63,643 nt of DNA, filler included, from Licmophora abbreviata (GCA_900291995.1; 12 parts of 12 records of this genome joined end to end with filler, not necessarily neighbours in it), one strand, 5' to 3'; positions 10,826-23,700 are shown, counted from the whole stretch's first letter. The notes: generated by a model not told the origin, from the sequence alone. Program-made: numbers and translations.

Positions 10826-12937
10826 CTAACGCGGGGCCGAAAATGGCGGCGGCGGCATCGGCAACGAGGAGAACAACGCCTCCGGCTGAACAGCCTCAGA
10901 CGATTGACTGGGCTCCGAAGCCGCTTTCAGTACGCTATCGTCTCTCGTAGAGGCTGCTGGCGACAACGAAACTTCATCCAGCGGTTCTTCCTCCAAGTCT
11001 TCGGCAGCCACCGGGGCGGGGGAGTCGGCAACGCGCTCGTCGGCCTTCGTCTCTAGCGTCGTGGCTTCCTGGGGAGCGGATTCAAAAAAGTCGGTCGCGT
11101 TCGAAGTGTGGCTTTTCGTAGTTCCGTCAGATTGGGAAGGCGCCGAACCATCTGGTGGCATACCGGCTTCCTTCTGGGCATCCGCTATGGCTTCCAACGG
11201 CCCTGTGCCAAACAGCTCGGCGGCAATCTCAGCCGACGTTGCTGAAATCTCTGTAGTGTCATTCGCCCCCGCGGTGGCAGCAGTGGGCTCCGGCACACCG
11301 CTGGGTGCATTGCTGGTGATAGCCTGCAGTGAGACTGGCGCTGCAAAGAGTTCTTCGGCAGTGGCTGCCGAATCGGTCGACACATTGTGCACCATTGCGG
11401 ATTGAGCTGGCATCGCTGGGGGTGATTGCATTGGAATCGTAGAATGGGTAGCAACGGGTTTCGCGCCAAAGGCCTCTGTAGCTGCTGGTGGTGGTACTGT
11501 TGGTGTTGTCTGTTGACTTACTGGCTGAGTAGGGTCCGTGACAGGGGGCATGCCAGAAGATGGAGTAGGATATTGCTGCTGGTACGGCGCCTGGGCCTGA
11601 AGTGGCTGCTGCAACGACTGGTTCGGTGGAGGCTGGAAATACGTCTGTGCTTGACCTTGGTAGGGAGGAGGAGGCAAGTACGGCGACGTCGGGTTCGACG
11701 CAGCGGTCGGCGACGGAACTGGCTGAGGAATACCGGAAGGGTGCAGCTGGGGCTGCGTCTGTGGCTGGGCACCGGCCGGAGCCCCGAAAACGGTATAGGA
11801 TGGAGCCGGGCCAGCGTCAGGAGCCGCAGCGGCATATGCGTACCCTCCCGAATGAGGTGCCAGGGGAGCAGCGCCGCCGACAACGGCTCCTCCACTGGTT
11901 GCATAAACCGGGTAACGTCCGCGGCGACCTCCTCCCCCTAGAGCGGATGCTCCAGCGGCAAACGGATTCGGACCGGATCCTCCAGAGGGAGGGCCAGACA
12001 TGCTACTGTTTCCCGACGACGGTGGTGGAGGGACATGATTTCCCGACGACGGTGGAGTACCGACATGGCCGTACTTGCGCTGCAAGTTCACGTCCGAAGA
12101 GGAAGAATGGAAACCATCCGGGCGGAATCTAGCCGAAGAGAGAATGGCTGCCGAAGAGTGTCCTTGCATGGCATACTTGCTGCTATCGTCCGATCTGTTC
12201 CCCGAACGCGGCGCCGTCGGCACCGATGGCTGTGCTGTCGCGCTCTCCGAAGGCACTCTTTGCGAATGATGATACGAGCTAGGCTGCGTGGGTGACGGGG
12301 TCGCAAACATTTGTCCAGCCTGCGGCGGTGGGGCTCCGTGTGTTCCACTGACGGGCGGGGCTCCGTTCACTGCACCCATAGGCGGCGGTCCCACAGCAGG
12401 GTTCTTAATCCGAAGTCCGCCCATGTCAATGCCAGGAGGAAGACCGATTCCACCATTGTCGATCGCCTGCTGTGTCTCCTGCTGCAGCTGCAGAGGAAGG
12501 AGATACTGTCGGATCCCGTCGAGCGTTGCGACTTCGTAGGGAGTGAGCTTCTGCGAATTTCTGGCGAGGACAGAAGCACTGTACTCTGTAACAAGCATAC
12601 GGGCGACGTTGACGGCATTTCCCGCTGCGTTAGACATGCAAGCATGGTGGAGAGGTGTATTTCCCATCAAGTCGAAGACTTCAATGTTCGCTCCTGGAAT
12701 CGCCATGATGCGGCGAATGAGTCGAATCATGCCGTGCAAGCAGGCCAAGTGCAGAGGCAGAGTGCCTTTCGAAGGCTGAATGACAGTGCTGAGAGGATCG
12801 ATCTCGGCCAAGCAGCCCATGGCTCCGTCTTCGTCTCCTTGCTGCACGCAGTAGAGGTATCGGGAGACCGCATCGGTCGGAGGAGGCGCGACGGCTTGAG
12901 AAAGCTTCTCCAGCTTGTCGCTCGCCCAAGAAAACAT
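10826..12937 (-). CDS. Ankyrin-repeat protein with long Pro/Gln/Ser-rich tail
   Basis: GTLPLHLACLHG, GNTPLHHAC and KLTPYEVA ankyrin motifs in the first ~150 aa of a 703-aa ORF. Confidence 0.8.
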   Translation of the reverse strand: MFSWASDKLEKLSQAVAPPPTDAVSRYLYCVQQGDEDGAMGCLAEIDPLSTVIQPSKGTLPLHLACLHGMIRLIRRIMAIPGANIEVFDLMGNTPLHHACMSNAAGNAVNVARMLVTEYSASVLARNSQKLTPYEVATLDGIRQYLLPLQLQQETQQAIDNGGIGLPPGIDMGGLRIKNPAVGPPPMGAVNGAPPVSGTHGAPPPQAGQMFATPSPTQPSSYHHSQRVPSESATAQPSVPTAPRSGNRSDDSSKYAMQGHSSAAILSSARFRPDGFHSSSSDVNLQRKYGHVGTPPSSGNHVPPPPSSGNSSMSGPPSGGSGPNPFAAGASALGGGGRRGRYPVYATSGGAVVGGAAPLAPHSGGYAYAAAAPDAGPAPSYTVFGAPAGAQPQTQPQLHPSGIPQPVPSPTAASNPTSPYLPPPPYQGQAQTYFQPPPNQSLQQPLQAQAPYQQQYPTPSSGMPPVTDPTQPVSQQTTPTVPPPAATEAFGAKPVATHSTIPMQSPPAMPAQSAMVHNVSTDSAATAEELFAAPVSLQAITSNAPSGVPEPTAATAGANDTTEISATSAEIAAELFGTGPLEAIADAQKEAGMPPDGSAPSQSDGTTKSHTSNATDFFESAPQEATTLETKADERVADSPAPVAAEDLEEEPLDEVSLSPAASTRDDSVLKAASEPSQSSEAVQPEALFSSLPMPPPPFSAPR

Positions 12938-13201
12938 CCCTGCTGGAACACAACAGCCTCACGGGGTATACACAGGCAACAAGCGACTGGCAACACGCCT
13001 CAACGGATGCGGTCTTGCCGTCCAATCATCATTGTGCGCACACTTACACATTCCGAATCCATCGTCATAGCGCCATGTGAGTCTGTGTGTGCGTGTGGCA
13101 GCGATGACTCACTGAGAGATATACGAGCTCCCCTTTTCCGTGGAAACGGTACGGAGCTCGTGGGAGACCGACAAGTTCCGACCGACCGAACGCACGCCCG
13201 C

Positions 13202-13235
13202 AAACTGAAAACTGAAAACTGAAAACTGAAAACTG
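13202..13235. repeat. (AAACTGA)n heptamer microsatellite, about 4.8 copies
   Basis: aaactgaaaactgaaaactgaaaactgaaaactg, in the divergent intergenic region. Confidence 0.9.
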
Positions 13236-13418
13236 TGCGAGTCGACGACATTGAGCACAACGCCGGTGTTTCACATGCATCGCAAACGAACCTAAAGCGT
13301 TCATTGCTTCTGCACACCAGTCAAATCCAATCGTTTCCGTCTGATTGAATCTGCTCTGAAGACTACGAACAGCTCCATCCGTCTCAAATTCAAAAGCTGC
13401 GACTCGATTCAGTGAACC

Positions 13419-15833
13419 ATGGACAGCCCGTATCGTGTTCCTCGACGACCCCAGCACGCTGCTCAGCGAAATAAGCGAGCCTGGATGCTCGTCGCGGCGC
13501 CTCTGATGGTTAGCTTGCTGGCTTCTGTTATCTACTTGTCGGTCGGAGAGACTTCTCCGTCGACCGTTCGGTCGCTGGCCAGTACCACCCGCTCGCTCGT
13601 TTCCGAAAAGCAGTCAGCCGCATCGGCTGTCGCACCTGTTCGGGTGCTTTCCCGTTTTGTTGATAATCCCGTCGCTGAAAAGACACGAAAAGACCTCGAG
13701 GCGAGTGCTGCCATCAAGAATTTCTCAGTTTTGACCCTCGCCGAGGAAACGGAGCTCTTGAAAGAGCCGACAGAGGGCGACCAAGCCAAGAGATGCGATC
13801 CCGCCGTGACCCAGAAGCATGCGCAGTTTCTTCAACAGAACATGCCGCATTTCGCTCATGAACTATTCAAGTATTGTCAGCTCACTTTGTATGGAGGACT
13901 ATACCTTGACGCCGAGAGTCCTCTCTTGACAGACGTCCACGCTGTGCTCGATCACCATCCTGGTGTCAATCTTGCTGTGTTGGAGACCGCCAGTCCTTTC
14001 CGAATACGCTGCATGGATCGCTCTTGCTCTTGAGACAGCCGAACTCGCCAGTTGCGAAGGGAATGCTACAACTCTTGTTGGAAACGCCGATTCGCACTCT
14101 TGACGCTTCTCCGCTGCTGCTTCCTCGTGCCCTGTATGACCTAGTTCTGCAACAGATCAATGCGGCGGCGATACTCAAGTCCGGGACAAACGGCGACGAC
14201 TGGGTCTTATTTCAGCAGCAGTGTACCATCAATCCTCTCACGATTACTAGTCCGCTTATGCGCGATAAGACGGCTGGCAAGGGCACTCAGCGGTTCACCC
14301 ATCACTGTCCTATGCACACTGGCTATTGCTGTCACGTCTTCGACGAGAGTCAACCTTCCTCAGTCATACTCATGACCAAGCATCCGTTGCTGCCATACCA
14401 ACTGCTCCCTTCGACTCTTCCGCGGCCCTACAATGCAGAAGCGGGACACTATCAAGAGGATGAGCTACCGTTCATCGCCACTATTTCGGAAAAGGTCATG
14501 CCACGTCCAGAGGAGCCGCCCTTGACGCCCAACTTCTTCGAGACACTGGTTCAAAACAACTGTCTCCCCTCCGATATGAAGTGCAGCAACTGTCTCCGCA
14601 ACAAAGAAGGGGCCACGTGTGAAAAGTGTCGAAAGGAATGTCCCTGCTTTTGTAAGACGCTCTGCCGAGTGTCCGTTGACGAGAAATTTGTTTCCAAGCA
14701 ACTGTCTGTCTCTCCGCCATTGTATGCCAAGGACCCGACGCGCATCATTCCCAGAATCATCCATCAAACGTGGTTCGAAGAAGTCAACAAGGAAAAGTAT
14801 CCCAATATGTCACGATTGATTGAATCGTTCAAGCAGTCGGGATGGGAGTACAGGTTCTATACGGACGACGTCGCTGCAAACTTCTTGTCGACTCACTTTC
14901 CAGCCGAAGTGCGATCTGCCTACGAGGCATTACGTCCTGGTGCATTCAAGGCTGACTTGTTTCGGTACTGTGTTCTTCTGATCCACGGTGGAGTCTACGC
15001 GGACATGGATGTCATGCTCGAAAGCAACCTTGACGCTGCTGTCGCTCCTGATATTGGATTCATGACACCGGTGGACGAACCAGGCAAGCCGGTCGGTCAT
15101 CGCATGTGCTTGTGGAATGGATTTATTGCATCTGCGCCAGGTCATCCGTTCCTTGCACGTGTGATTGAAAACGTAGTCAATCACATTCGTAATCGATTCA
15201 CATCTGTGGATGTAGACGCCGAGTTTTGCCCTGACCCTGAACTGTCCGTGTTGCATGCCTTTGACACGCTCTTTACCGCCGGCCCGTGCATCTTGGGAGC
15301 GACGCTGAACCGCGTCTTGGGACGAGACGGTCAAAAGTCGTTCGAAGCTGGCGAGATTCAGCCGTGGTCAAATGCAGCGGACAAGTCTCGTGCAGAAAAG
15401 GGGACGGCATTTGTTACCGGCACGGACGACAGAGTGAACCTTCGACTACCAGGCCGAACGGTGATCTTGCATCAGGACAAGTGGGACGTAAGTGGTGGCT
15501 GCGGCTTAGCTACATCTGTGACGGCTGTTCTGTTTGAAAAGTTGTAACTCACCAAGCGGTGTCGCTCGCTCTTTCTCGCTCCACGTTGAACCATAGATGG
15601 GAGCCCATCGTTTCACGTTCCTGGAGCAAAACATGGTTGTCGCGGCCACGGACATGCCGGACTACGACGACCGCAAACAACTTGAAGACAACGAGCACTA
15701 CAGCAAAACGCACGTCAAAACTGGTGTCTACGGAGTCGAGAAGTTGTACACCGACAATGTGAAGGCGAATGAAAACATTCGAATCGCTGTGGATGCTTCG
15801 GGTTATCGACACAAAATGACGTCGTCGGCATAG
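13419..15833 (+). CDS. Type II membrane glycosyltransferase family 32 (DxD, OCH1/SUR1-like) with two GT32-like modules; apparent 1-nt frameshift near 14000; intron 15488-15596
   Basis: N-terminal TM; first module ELFKYCQL..YGGLYLDAE; second module RIIPRIIHQTW...GAFKADLFRYCVLLIHGGVYADMDV...WNGFIASAPGHPFL...FTAGP. GTAAGT..TAG intron joins KWD|MGAHRF. Confidence 0.85.
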
Positions 15834-16035
15834 TGTGCCCTTGTTGTAGCCTATTCTAAAGGTATCAAGTAGTCTACGAAACTGTACCACGAAGATAGTT
15901 TTTTTTCTTTTGTAGCGTGTTACAGTAATGGTAATCTTGAGGCCATACGTACGATCTGTCTCCCCTTTGTCCGCGTCGAGCCCAACGCAACAGAACCGAA
16001 CGTGCGATGAACGCCGGGCAAGCGAAGACTCAACT

Positions 16036-18376
16036 CTACTGGCCGCCCGGTGTCATGCGATCCGACAACGTGTTCATCTCCAACATCTGTTCACCCTCAC
16101 TGATCGTCAAGTGAGCTATTTTTGCCTTCTTTTGACTAGGTCCTTCATCCGATACCGAATCTGAATCGTTCGACACGTTGTCGGAAGCGTTGTCTGATGC
16201 TGTGCTCGTATTGCTATCGGAGCCTGATCCACGCGACGATGCCTGCGCGGATTCGGTCTCCTCTGTACCTACTTCGCTCGACCCGTCGCTTACACTGACA
16301 AAGTTCCCTGACGGTGGTTGATACGTCTGTGTTAACGTATTCAGTCGAATATCTGGCACAGGAGCCTTCTCGCTCGTCCCATCGGACGACGAGTCCGAAA
16401 CCTGAGAAGTCGGTTTCCTTCCGGACGCCTTTGCGATAGCCTTGAGGTTCAGTGCGTTCGCCACTGATGGTGGGGGTACGTTTGGTGGCCTCGGGGCAAG
16501 TAGCGGTGCCACCGTGGCGCTTGTCCCAGATATCCCTACGCCCACAGTTGGAGCTCCAGCTTGGTGGTATGCTGAGTGCTGACTTACAGCTTTTGCTGAC
16601 TGCTGAGCAAACACAGCGTAGAAGTCCGCTGCGGCAGCGGAGCCGCCATTCAGCGCGTATTTCGGTACCCCTGTTGTCACGCCCTGTATCCCTGGGATAG
16701 CATGTGTCGCTTCAGCCGATGGAATAGACGCCTTGCCGTGCTTGACGAACATGTCTGCACTGTCCTTCGAAGTCGCGTTGAGATCGAAAGGCGCACCACC
16801 CGGTGAGCAGTCGTTTCCGAGCAGGCGATGAAAGTCGTCGAAGGATCTGCTGGTGAATGTTGGCGTCAAATGCGCACTCGCCAGCGACGGCGACGGCGGG
16901 TGGTGGACACCGTCTGCCCCAAACAGGCTAACGAGCGGTGGGTGTTTTGGTTTCTCCATACCTGAGCCCGGCAGCGAGCTTGCCTGCATAGCTCGAGTAG
17001 CTGCCACTTTCTCAAAACCGAACAGGAAATCTGGTACCTCAAGCGAGTTCTCTGAAGGGGAAGGAAGAGGAACAGTCTGCGGCACATGGGTTAAACTTGC
17101 GCCAGCAGGCAGCACGGCTTTCTCTGTCGGAGCGGATGCGAGGGGGGCATATTGGCCATTCGTGGACGCCAAGTAGGGTTGCACCGGGACCCCGTTCGCT
17201 GTGGATGGTTTCGATGCGTCGGACGCTGAATCGGCCTTGCTGTAGCTGGATTTAATGCCCTCCAGCGAGCTTGGATACATCTGTTGCATTCGTTTTGCCT
17301 GATCGGATGACGGTGGCAGCTGACTTGGCGGTGCCACCGCTGAGACAAATGACTGGGGCGGAATGAGTGGAATGAGCGTTCCCGGAGCTAGTTGCATCGG
17401 TGCCCCGTACATGATCTGATGTAGATATAAAAGGAGTCGACATGAGCGAGGAGATATAAAGTGTATACCGACAAACGAGGACGTCACGATGACTTACTGT
17501 GTGGTTTGGAACGGAATGTTCAAGTCCTGGAAATACAGAGCCAGCGAAGGTGACCGGATAGCCCCCGGGCGTTTCCTAATTTTGGGAAAAGCAGCACGAT
17601 TCGCCAACCAAATGAAATGAGCAAGCAATGGGACTCACACGGTATTCTCTGGACATTCCGAGACACAAACTACGTACCACTTGTCCCAGAAGAGACTTGT
17701 AAAATGCAGTTTCCAACTCATTTCGTCGCATTCGATCTGCCGGCGACGCGACAAACCCGCGGTCGGCCAAGTACACGTGCTTGCCGATTCCCTGTCCGGC
17801 ATATTTCTTTGATACTCGCATGGGTGCACAATGCAGCTTTCGACTTAAGTACATGCGCAAGGTGCTTCCATTATCGCAATCCTCCAAAATTCCCTTTTCA
17901 AACTCGGTAATGAGACAGTCGGCGTACATTTCCTCTTCTCTGGTCCACTTTCCCTTGCGGAGCGTGTTGCCGTTGTTGGAGGATACAGTTTGCGAAGGCG
18001 CTTTCGGTGCTGCTCGAAAGTTTTGCTGGTGATTTGAAGGAGCAGGACGGATCGGTGGAGCGGCGGTACCCACCAACGGTGGGACCAACTGAGGCTGCTG
18101 TTGTTTGTGCGGCGCGGGGAGTTTCTGACAGGTAGAGGTAGCAGGTGCAATGGTACACTGAGGCGCAGCAGGGGAGGGTTGCAATGCACCGGCTGAGAGC
18201 GCTAGTGGCGCTTTTGTAGAGCCGACAGTGGCAGCCGACGACACGGTATGCGTGGCTGTTACGACTGGGTCAGGATTCGATTCGGCACTGGAATTCATTG
18301 CTGACACATCTGTCCCACGTGATGCTTCCGGAAGCGCTGAGCACCTTGGGTCGACATTCTGTCCACACTGTGACAT
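16036..18376 (-). CDS. Putative transcription factor with stramenopile Myb/SANT-like domain, multi-exon
   Basis: LRKGKWTREEEMYADCLITEFEKG...GSTLRMYLSRKLHCAPMRVSKKYAG. ORFs 17576-18376 and 16036-17487 are separated by GT-AG signals; exon limits are approximate. Confidence 0.65.
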
Positions 18377-19259
18377 GGCACGAGTTCAATAAGGCGACCT
18401 GGGGAAAATGCGAAAAGGCAATAGGCGTGAGTCGGACAGGGTGATTCTGTACTACTGTGCAGCACGCCCGATCGCACGAGGTACAGAGGTCACTCAAGAC
18501 TGGTTTGGCTTTTCTCGAAAGGTGTTTTTATTAATCCAGCAAGGCGACGATAGCACGCCAAAGCCCGAAACATCCTTTCCACACCAACACCGACAACGAA
18601 TGACGCCTAGTCTCACCTTGCAGGCTCCTCAGAAGCTGCGATGAGGCCCCTTACGACTGCTGGGCGAGGCTCTCGAGAGACTTCTCGCGACTAGAACAAC
18701 AGGCGCCAATTTCTTCCGTAGAAGACGGAATTTAGTCGCTGGATTCGTCAAAATCAACCAAACTGCGACTCTAACGCAATCGAACACACACAGAGAGTAA
18801 TGGTCTCGCAAAGGACTCCCAAAAGGGAAACTTTGGACGCTCAATGAAGTGACCTTGATGTAATGCCATGATTGGTTCTCGGTATCCAATACTAGATCAC
18901 ACCATCTGCCTCCAGTTTCTGCCAGGGTAATCCCGAAGAAATGACGTCATATCGTTAAACGCATGTTTCATTTAGAACAAGGAATTTTCACAATACGACA
19001 TCAATGCGACGCCTTTTTTGCCTGCTGGTCCAAGCTCATGGCATGATGTCACACTGTGGCGTCACATTTTCCGAGACTCTGCGGTGAACTCGTAGACCTC
19101 GTGGTTTGGCGCGCCAAGCGACTTCCCATGTTTTCATGTTTTGCTTGAGGTTGACGACCTTCACGTTTTGTTCTTTTGTTGAGCAACAAAGCTTCCTCTA
19201 ATGGAAAGAGTGAGTCTGGTTCCGTCTTCAATCTCATATTCTAGTACCTGGTATTCACG

Positions 19260-20555
19260 ATGAACCCTTGCGACGACTATTTCGACCAGATCGGCGGTGA
19301 TGAAGGTCCGCAGCGGATTCGTCGATCCAGTCCGTACAGGAGAGGCCGACAAAAAAATCATCACCGGCAGCCAGAGTTTCTCCAATACAACACCATGCCT
19401 ACCGGTGCTCCGGAAGGTCTTCCCACTAATCAAGCTAATGAATACAGTCGAGGGACTTCATCTACAGACGACAGGAGGCAACACTATCGGAGGCCCGAAA
19501 GGGTCTTTCATGCTGATGTCAACCAGGTGACTAGCTTGAAGAGTGACCTCGGCTTCAGTACAGGACTCGCCAAGGCGCTCGCGGCGAACAAGAACGCATT
19601 TCTTTATCGCATCTGGGTCGTCGATAACTCAGGATCTATGGAAATCGGGGATGGTCATCGCATCGTTCAACTGGCAGATGGAAAGATCAAAGGACAGCCT
19701 GTCACCAGATGGGAAGAACTGCAAGACGCCGTTACCTATCATTCCCAAATTGCGGCTATTCTTCATTCCCCTTCCATCTTTACCTTTATGAACGACCCTG
19801 GTAGTGATATTGGCTCGCAGCAGTTTAGCGTCGCCGTCAACAACCGTTCGCATGTCGACGATGAGATGCGCAAGGCGAGAATCCTCATGCAGCGTGTCAA
19901 ACCGGCTGGTGTGACGCCATTGACTCGCCACGTTCAAAAGATTCAACAGACGATTGCAAAGATTGCTCCACGGCTGAGAAAGGAAGACAAGCGGGTCGCG
20001 GTCATTCTCGCGACAGACGGCTTGCCGACAGATGATGAGGGATACGGTGGTGAGGAGATTCGAGAGGAGTTCGTTCACGCGCTTCGAGCGCTCGAAGGAC
20101 TCCCGGTCTGGCTTGTGATCAGGCTTTGCACCGACGAGCAGGAAGTAACCCAATTTTACAACGAATTGGACAGTCGACTGGACCTGCCATTGGAAGTTCT
20201 CGACGATCTTGAGGGTGAAGCTAGGGAGGTGCACAAGGTGAACAAGTGGTTGAACTATGCTTTGCCGATTCATCGTTGTCGTGAGCTTGGACACCAAGAC
20301 AGACTCTTTGATCTACTCGACGAGAGGCCGCTTACTAAAGGCGAGCTGCGTGAATTTTGTTCCCTGTTATTTGGTACCGATGTGGAAGAGATCCCGGACC
20401 CGATAACTGACTGGAAAGAGTTCCTCGAGTACATTCAAGACAGTTTGAAGCTGGAATCGGAACTGTGGGATCCATATCGGAAAAAAGCTGGACCGTGGAT
20501 CCAACTCAAAGTGCTTCACAAAATTTATGGGAAGGGGAACTGTACAATCATGTGA
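19260..20555 (+). CDS. von Willebrand factor type A domain protein
   Basis: MIDAS-type WVVDNSGSM, GVTPL and VILATDGLPTD motifs; 431 aa; ends in a CaaX-like CTIM. Confidence 0.8.
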   Translation: MNPCDDYFDQIGGDEGPQRIRRSSPYRRGRQKNHHRQPEFLQYNTMPTGAPEGLPTNQANEYSRGTSSTDDRRQHYRRPERVFHADVNQVTSLKSDLGFSTGLAKALAANKNAFLYRIWVVDNSGSMEIGDGHRIVQLADGKIKGQPVTRWEELQDAVTYHSQIAAILHSPSIFTFMNDPGSDIGSQQFSVAVNNRSHVDDEMRKARILMQRVKPAGVTPLTRHVQKIQQTIAKIAPRLRKEDKRVAVILATDGLPTDDEGYGGEEIREEFVHALRALEGLPVWLVIRLCTDEQEVTQFYNELDSRLDLPLEVLDDLEGEAREVHKVNKWLNYALPIHRCRELGHQDRLFDLLDERPLTKGELREFCSLLFGTDVEEIPDPITDWKEFLEYIQDSLKLESELWDPYRKKAGPWIQLKVLHKIYGKGNCTIM

Positions 20556-20718
20556 CCAGTAGCTATGTGGAGGTTGTGGATGTCGAAACCGTAGGCGTTA
20601 GCAGGGGAATGAATGTGCTGCAACACGGTTGGTTGCCTGTTCAATTTATCTTAGTTGTCGTATGCTCTATAAGTTTAAAGAGCAGCGATGTGGATTTAGA
20701 CGTACAATGTTCGTCAAC

Positions 20719-23700
20719 TCACTGCAATTGATCGCAGAGCCCGATGAGATTCGCATCGACGAGCGGCGTCCTGCTATCTTGCAGCCGCCAGAATTCGTTC
20801 CAAATTTTTATGCTGCGGGTGTCACGCTCGTCGAGCCCAAAACGTACGTTTCCACTCCCGTTGATGACGGATGACTCGTTCCCTTCGATATTGTATACCA
20901 TAATGGCGACTGCAATGTCAAGGATGCGGAGGATCGTGAAGAGGTGCTCACCACCGTCGGCGTGCGCAATCGCATTCATCTCACCTTCATGAAGAGCAAC
21001 CCATCTCACGTGCAAGGTCAACATTGAAACGCATGGCACTCGGGTTCGCAGAGGGTACGGGGCATTCGAATCTTCGAACTCAACCAGAAATAGAGCACTC
21101 GTCTGGAGGAATCGTGACACTTGAGGCCGCAGACTCCACCGACGCTTGATCTCCGCAAGAAACGAGCTGTCGCCCTTGACGTCGGCGAAAGTTGTCGGCT
21201 CTATGTACGTATCCCCGCCAAGCGTAGTCTCCGCGGTCGCTGGTGAAGCCGGCACTTCTGACACAAGATCATAATCCGATTCTGCTGAAAGCCTCTGTAC
21301 CAACTGCCACCCATCGGTGTCAATGACAGAACAGCCCGATGTCGACGCGGTAACAAGGTAGCTATCATCGTTGCTCCAAGCGAGAGACGATATTCCATTT
21401 CTCGCATGCTTACATACTTGTTTGACGTTCGTCCACGTGGTAGTGTCGACGACTCTCATTCCCTGATCCAGAAGCGAAGACGAATGTGCAGCATAGATAT
21501 TAATTAGCCTGCACTCGGAGAAAGTCACGGGGCTGCAACGACAACTCAGGCCGAACACATACCGTGTCTGAGTGGCTCCCGCCAAAGGCGAGGTATTTGG
21601 CATCAGTTGACCATCGTACATGTGAAATGGGAAACGGGGTAGAGATCTGATGGTTGACTGACCATCCGCCCCGGGCGTAGTAAACGGTCACTTTGCAGTC
21701 GTCGCTTCCAGCCGCTGTGACCGAGCAGAGAGATTTTATATGAGAATGGGTGCAGCGAATTTATTCTTATTCATCGCGGAAATGTTTCTTACCCAGGAAT
21801 CGGCCCCGAGCACCAAATGCAATCGATCGGACAGGCACATTGGCGCAGTCGAGTTCGGCTTGCGAAGGAAAAAAGTTGGAGAAAACATTGTCGGTTTCGT
21901 GCACTGTGATGGTGCCGTCGTGTCGGCCGACGGCGAGATGTCGGGAGCTCCAGTCCAGCGACAGAATGGGTGCGTCACTGCCATCGATCTCTCCAGCGAC
22001 CTCCCAATTTGCGCCTGGCTCTAATAGTGTAAGAATCCCATCAAAAGATCCCACAGCAAGGCGCTGGTCATGTCGACTGAAGTGTAAAGCATTCACTGAC
22101 GTATGAGAGAGGTGGGTCTCCTTCACAAGCTGCCAAGTTCCGACATCAAATATATAAATGATACCGGATTCGCCGGCTAAGGCCAAAACCTCGCTCTGAT
22201 GTGAGAAGTGCATTGAATGGATGGGTTTGTCAAATGTCATTTGCTATGCGGGAGAAAAAAATAGGTTTGAGAACTCTGGTTGCTGCCACCTTTGCGAAAT
22301 TCTACATATTGGCGCTTACTGTTGTAGCCTGAAAGTCCAATGTATTGAATACCGTCACAACTCCGTGTTCTCCCGAAATAACCATGTAGTCGGAAGGGCA
22401 AGTCCGCTTCCCTCTACTGAAGCACACAGTTGTGATTCTGGCGGCTGCATCCGCCCTGACATTCAATGTCGACGGCGAAACTCGTAGATCCAAGTCTTCC
22501 ACGTCGGCGAAAGAATCATCCTTCAGCACCCATTCATGATGCGATACGCTTCCATCACTGAAACCAGAGCTCGACGCAGAAGACGACAGCTCATCACTGT
22601 CGTAGTATGAGCTGTTATCGTCGTTTCCCAAGGCGGAAGCTCGGGCGATTAAGACCGAGGAATCGTCTCCGCCAACAGCGAGGTACTGCCCGCCTGTCTC
22701 ACCGAGCGTCGACCAGACGAGACAGCTGACATTACCAGCTCGCCGGATTTCATGCACAGTCGCATACGACCATGTCTCTACTATTGCACATCGGTCATCA
22801 GTGCCTCCGACTGCCACAAATCGGCCGTCTGTGCTCCACGAGACTGCTTGGATACGAGACGATTTCGCCCCTCCACGACGAACAGTGGCGATCACTTTCT
22901 GAAGCGACACGTCGACTACTGATACTGTGCCGTCGTTTCCACCCGCCGCAACATGAGTACCAAACGGATTAAAAGAGACTGTAGGTAGCGACGACGAAAG
23001 ATGAATCTCTGTAACGACTTGCCACGAGGATGCATCGATCACCGAAAGGATTCTGTCGCTTCCTCCAACAACTAACTTCGATCCTTCGGGATTCCAATCG
23101 AGACTGAGAACCAATCCCTTTCGCTCAATTTCGTGAACGAGCTCGAGCGAGGCGGTGCCATTTGACTTTCTCAACTCAGCTATCGCCACCCTCCCGTCAA
23201 AGCCGCCAATGGCTACTACCGTCCCAGACGAATCGAACTGCAAAGCATAAACGCGGTCTTCACGTTCATGTTCATGAAAAAGGCGGAGAGCCTGAAGGCT
23301 GCCACTCTCCTCGGAGTATGTAAGGCGTATCAAGGATGCGGTACAGTCGTCTCCCCCGGCAACAAGCCAGTCGCCATCGGGCGAAAAACTGAGCGAGCGA
23401 ACCTTTCCGTCTCTTTGAAACTCCACAGCACGCCGAAATCGATCCGTGGATTTTTCTAGTGCAGCGGATGTGTCCAATCCCAACGTCCTAGTTCTTTCTT
23501 CTTGGTAGAGTTCCAGGACTACGATGGTGCCCGTCTCGGATCCAATAGCAAGAAGAGTCGGACGAACGGGGACGCTCTCCTCGGCATTCTCACATCGCCG
23601 TGAAAATGCCAGCGCCGTGACTTTGGAGCCATGGGCAATCGTCGCCCATATCGAATTTTTGTCGTCGTCAAACTGATACTCAGAAGACGAACATTCCGCA

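Noticed and set aside
18941..18950. ATGACGTCAT palindrome (bZIP/aureochrome-like) in a divergent promoter; similar TGACGT at 8941
   Set aside because: Single short motifs are expected by chance in 47 kb and there is no independent support.
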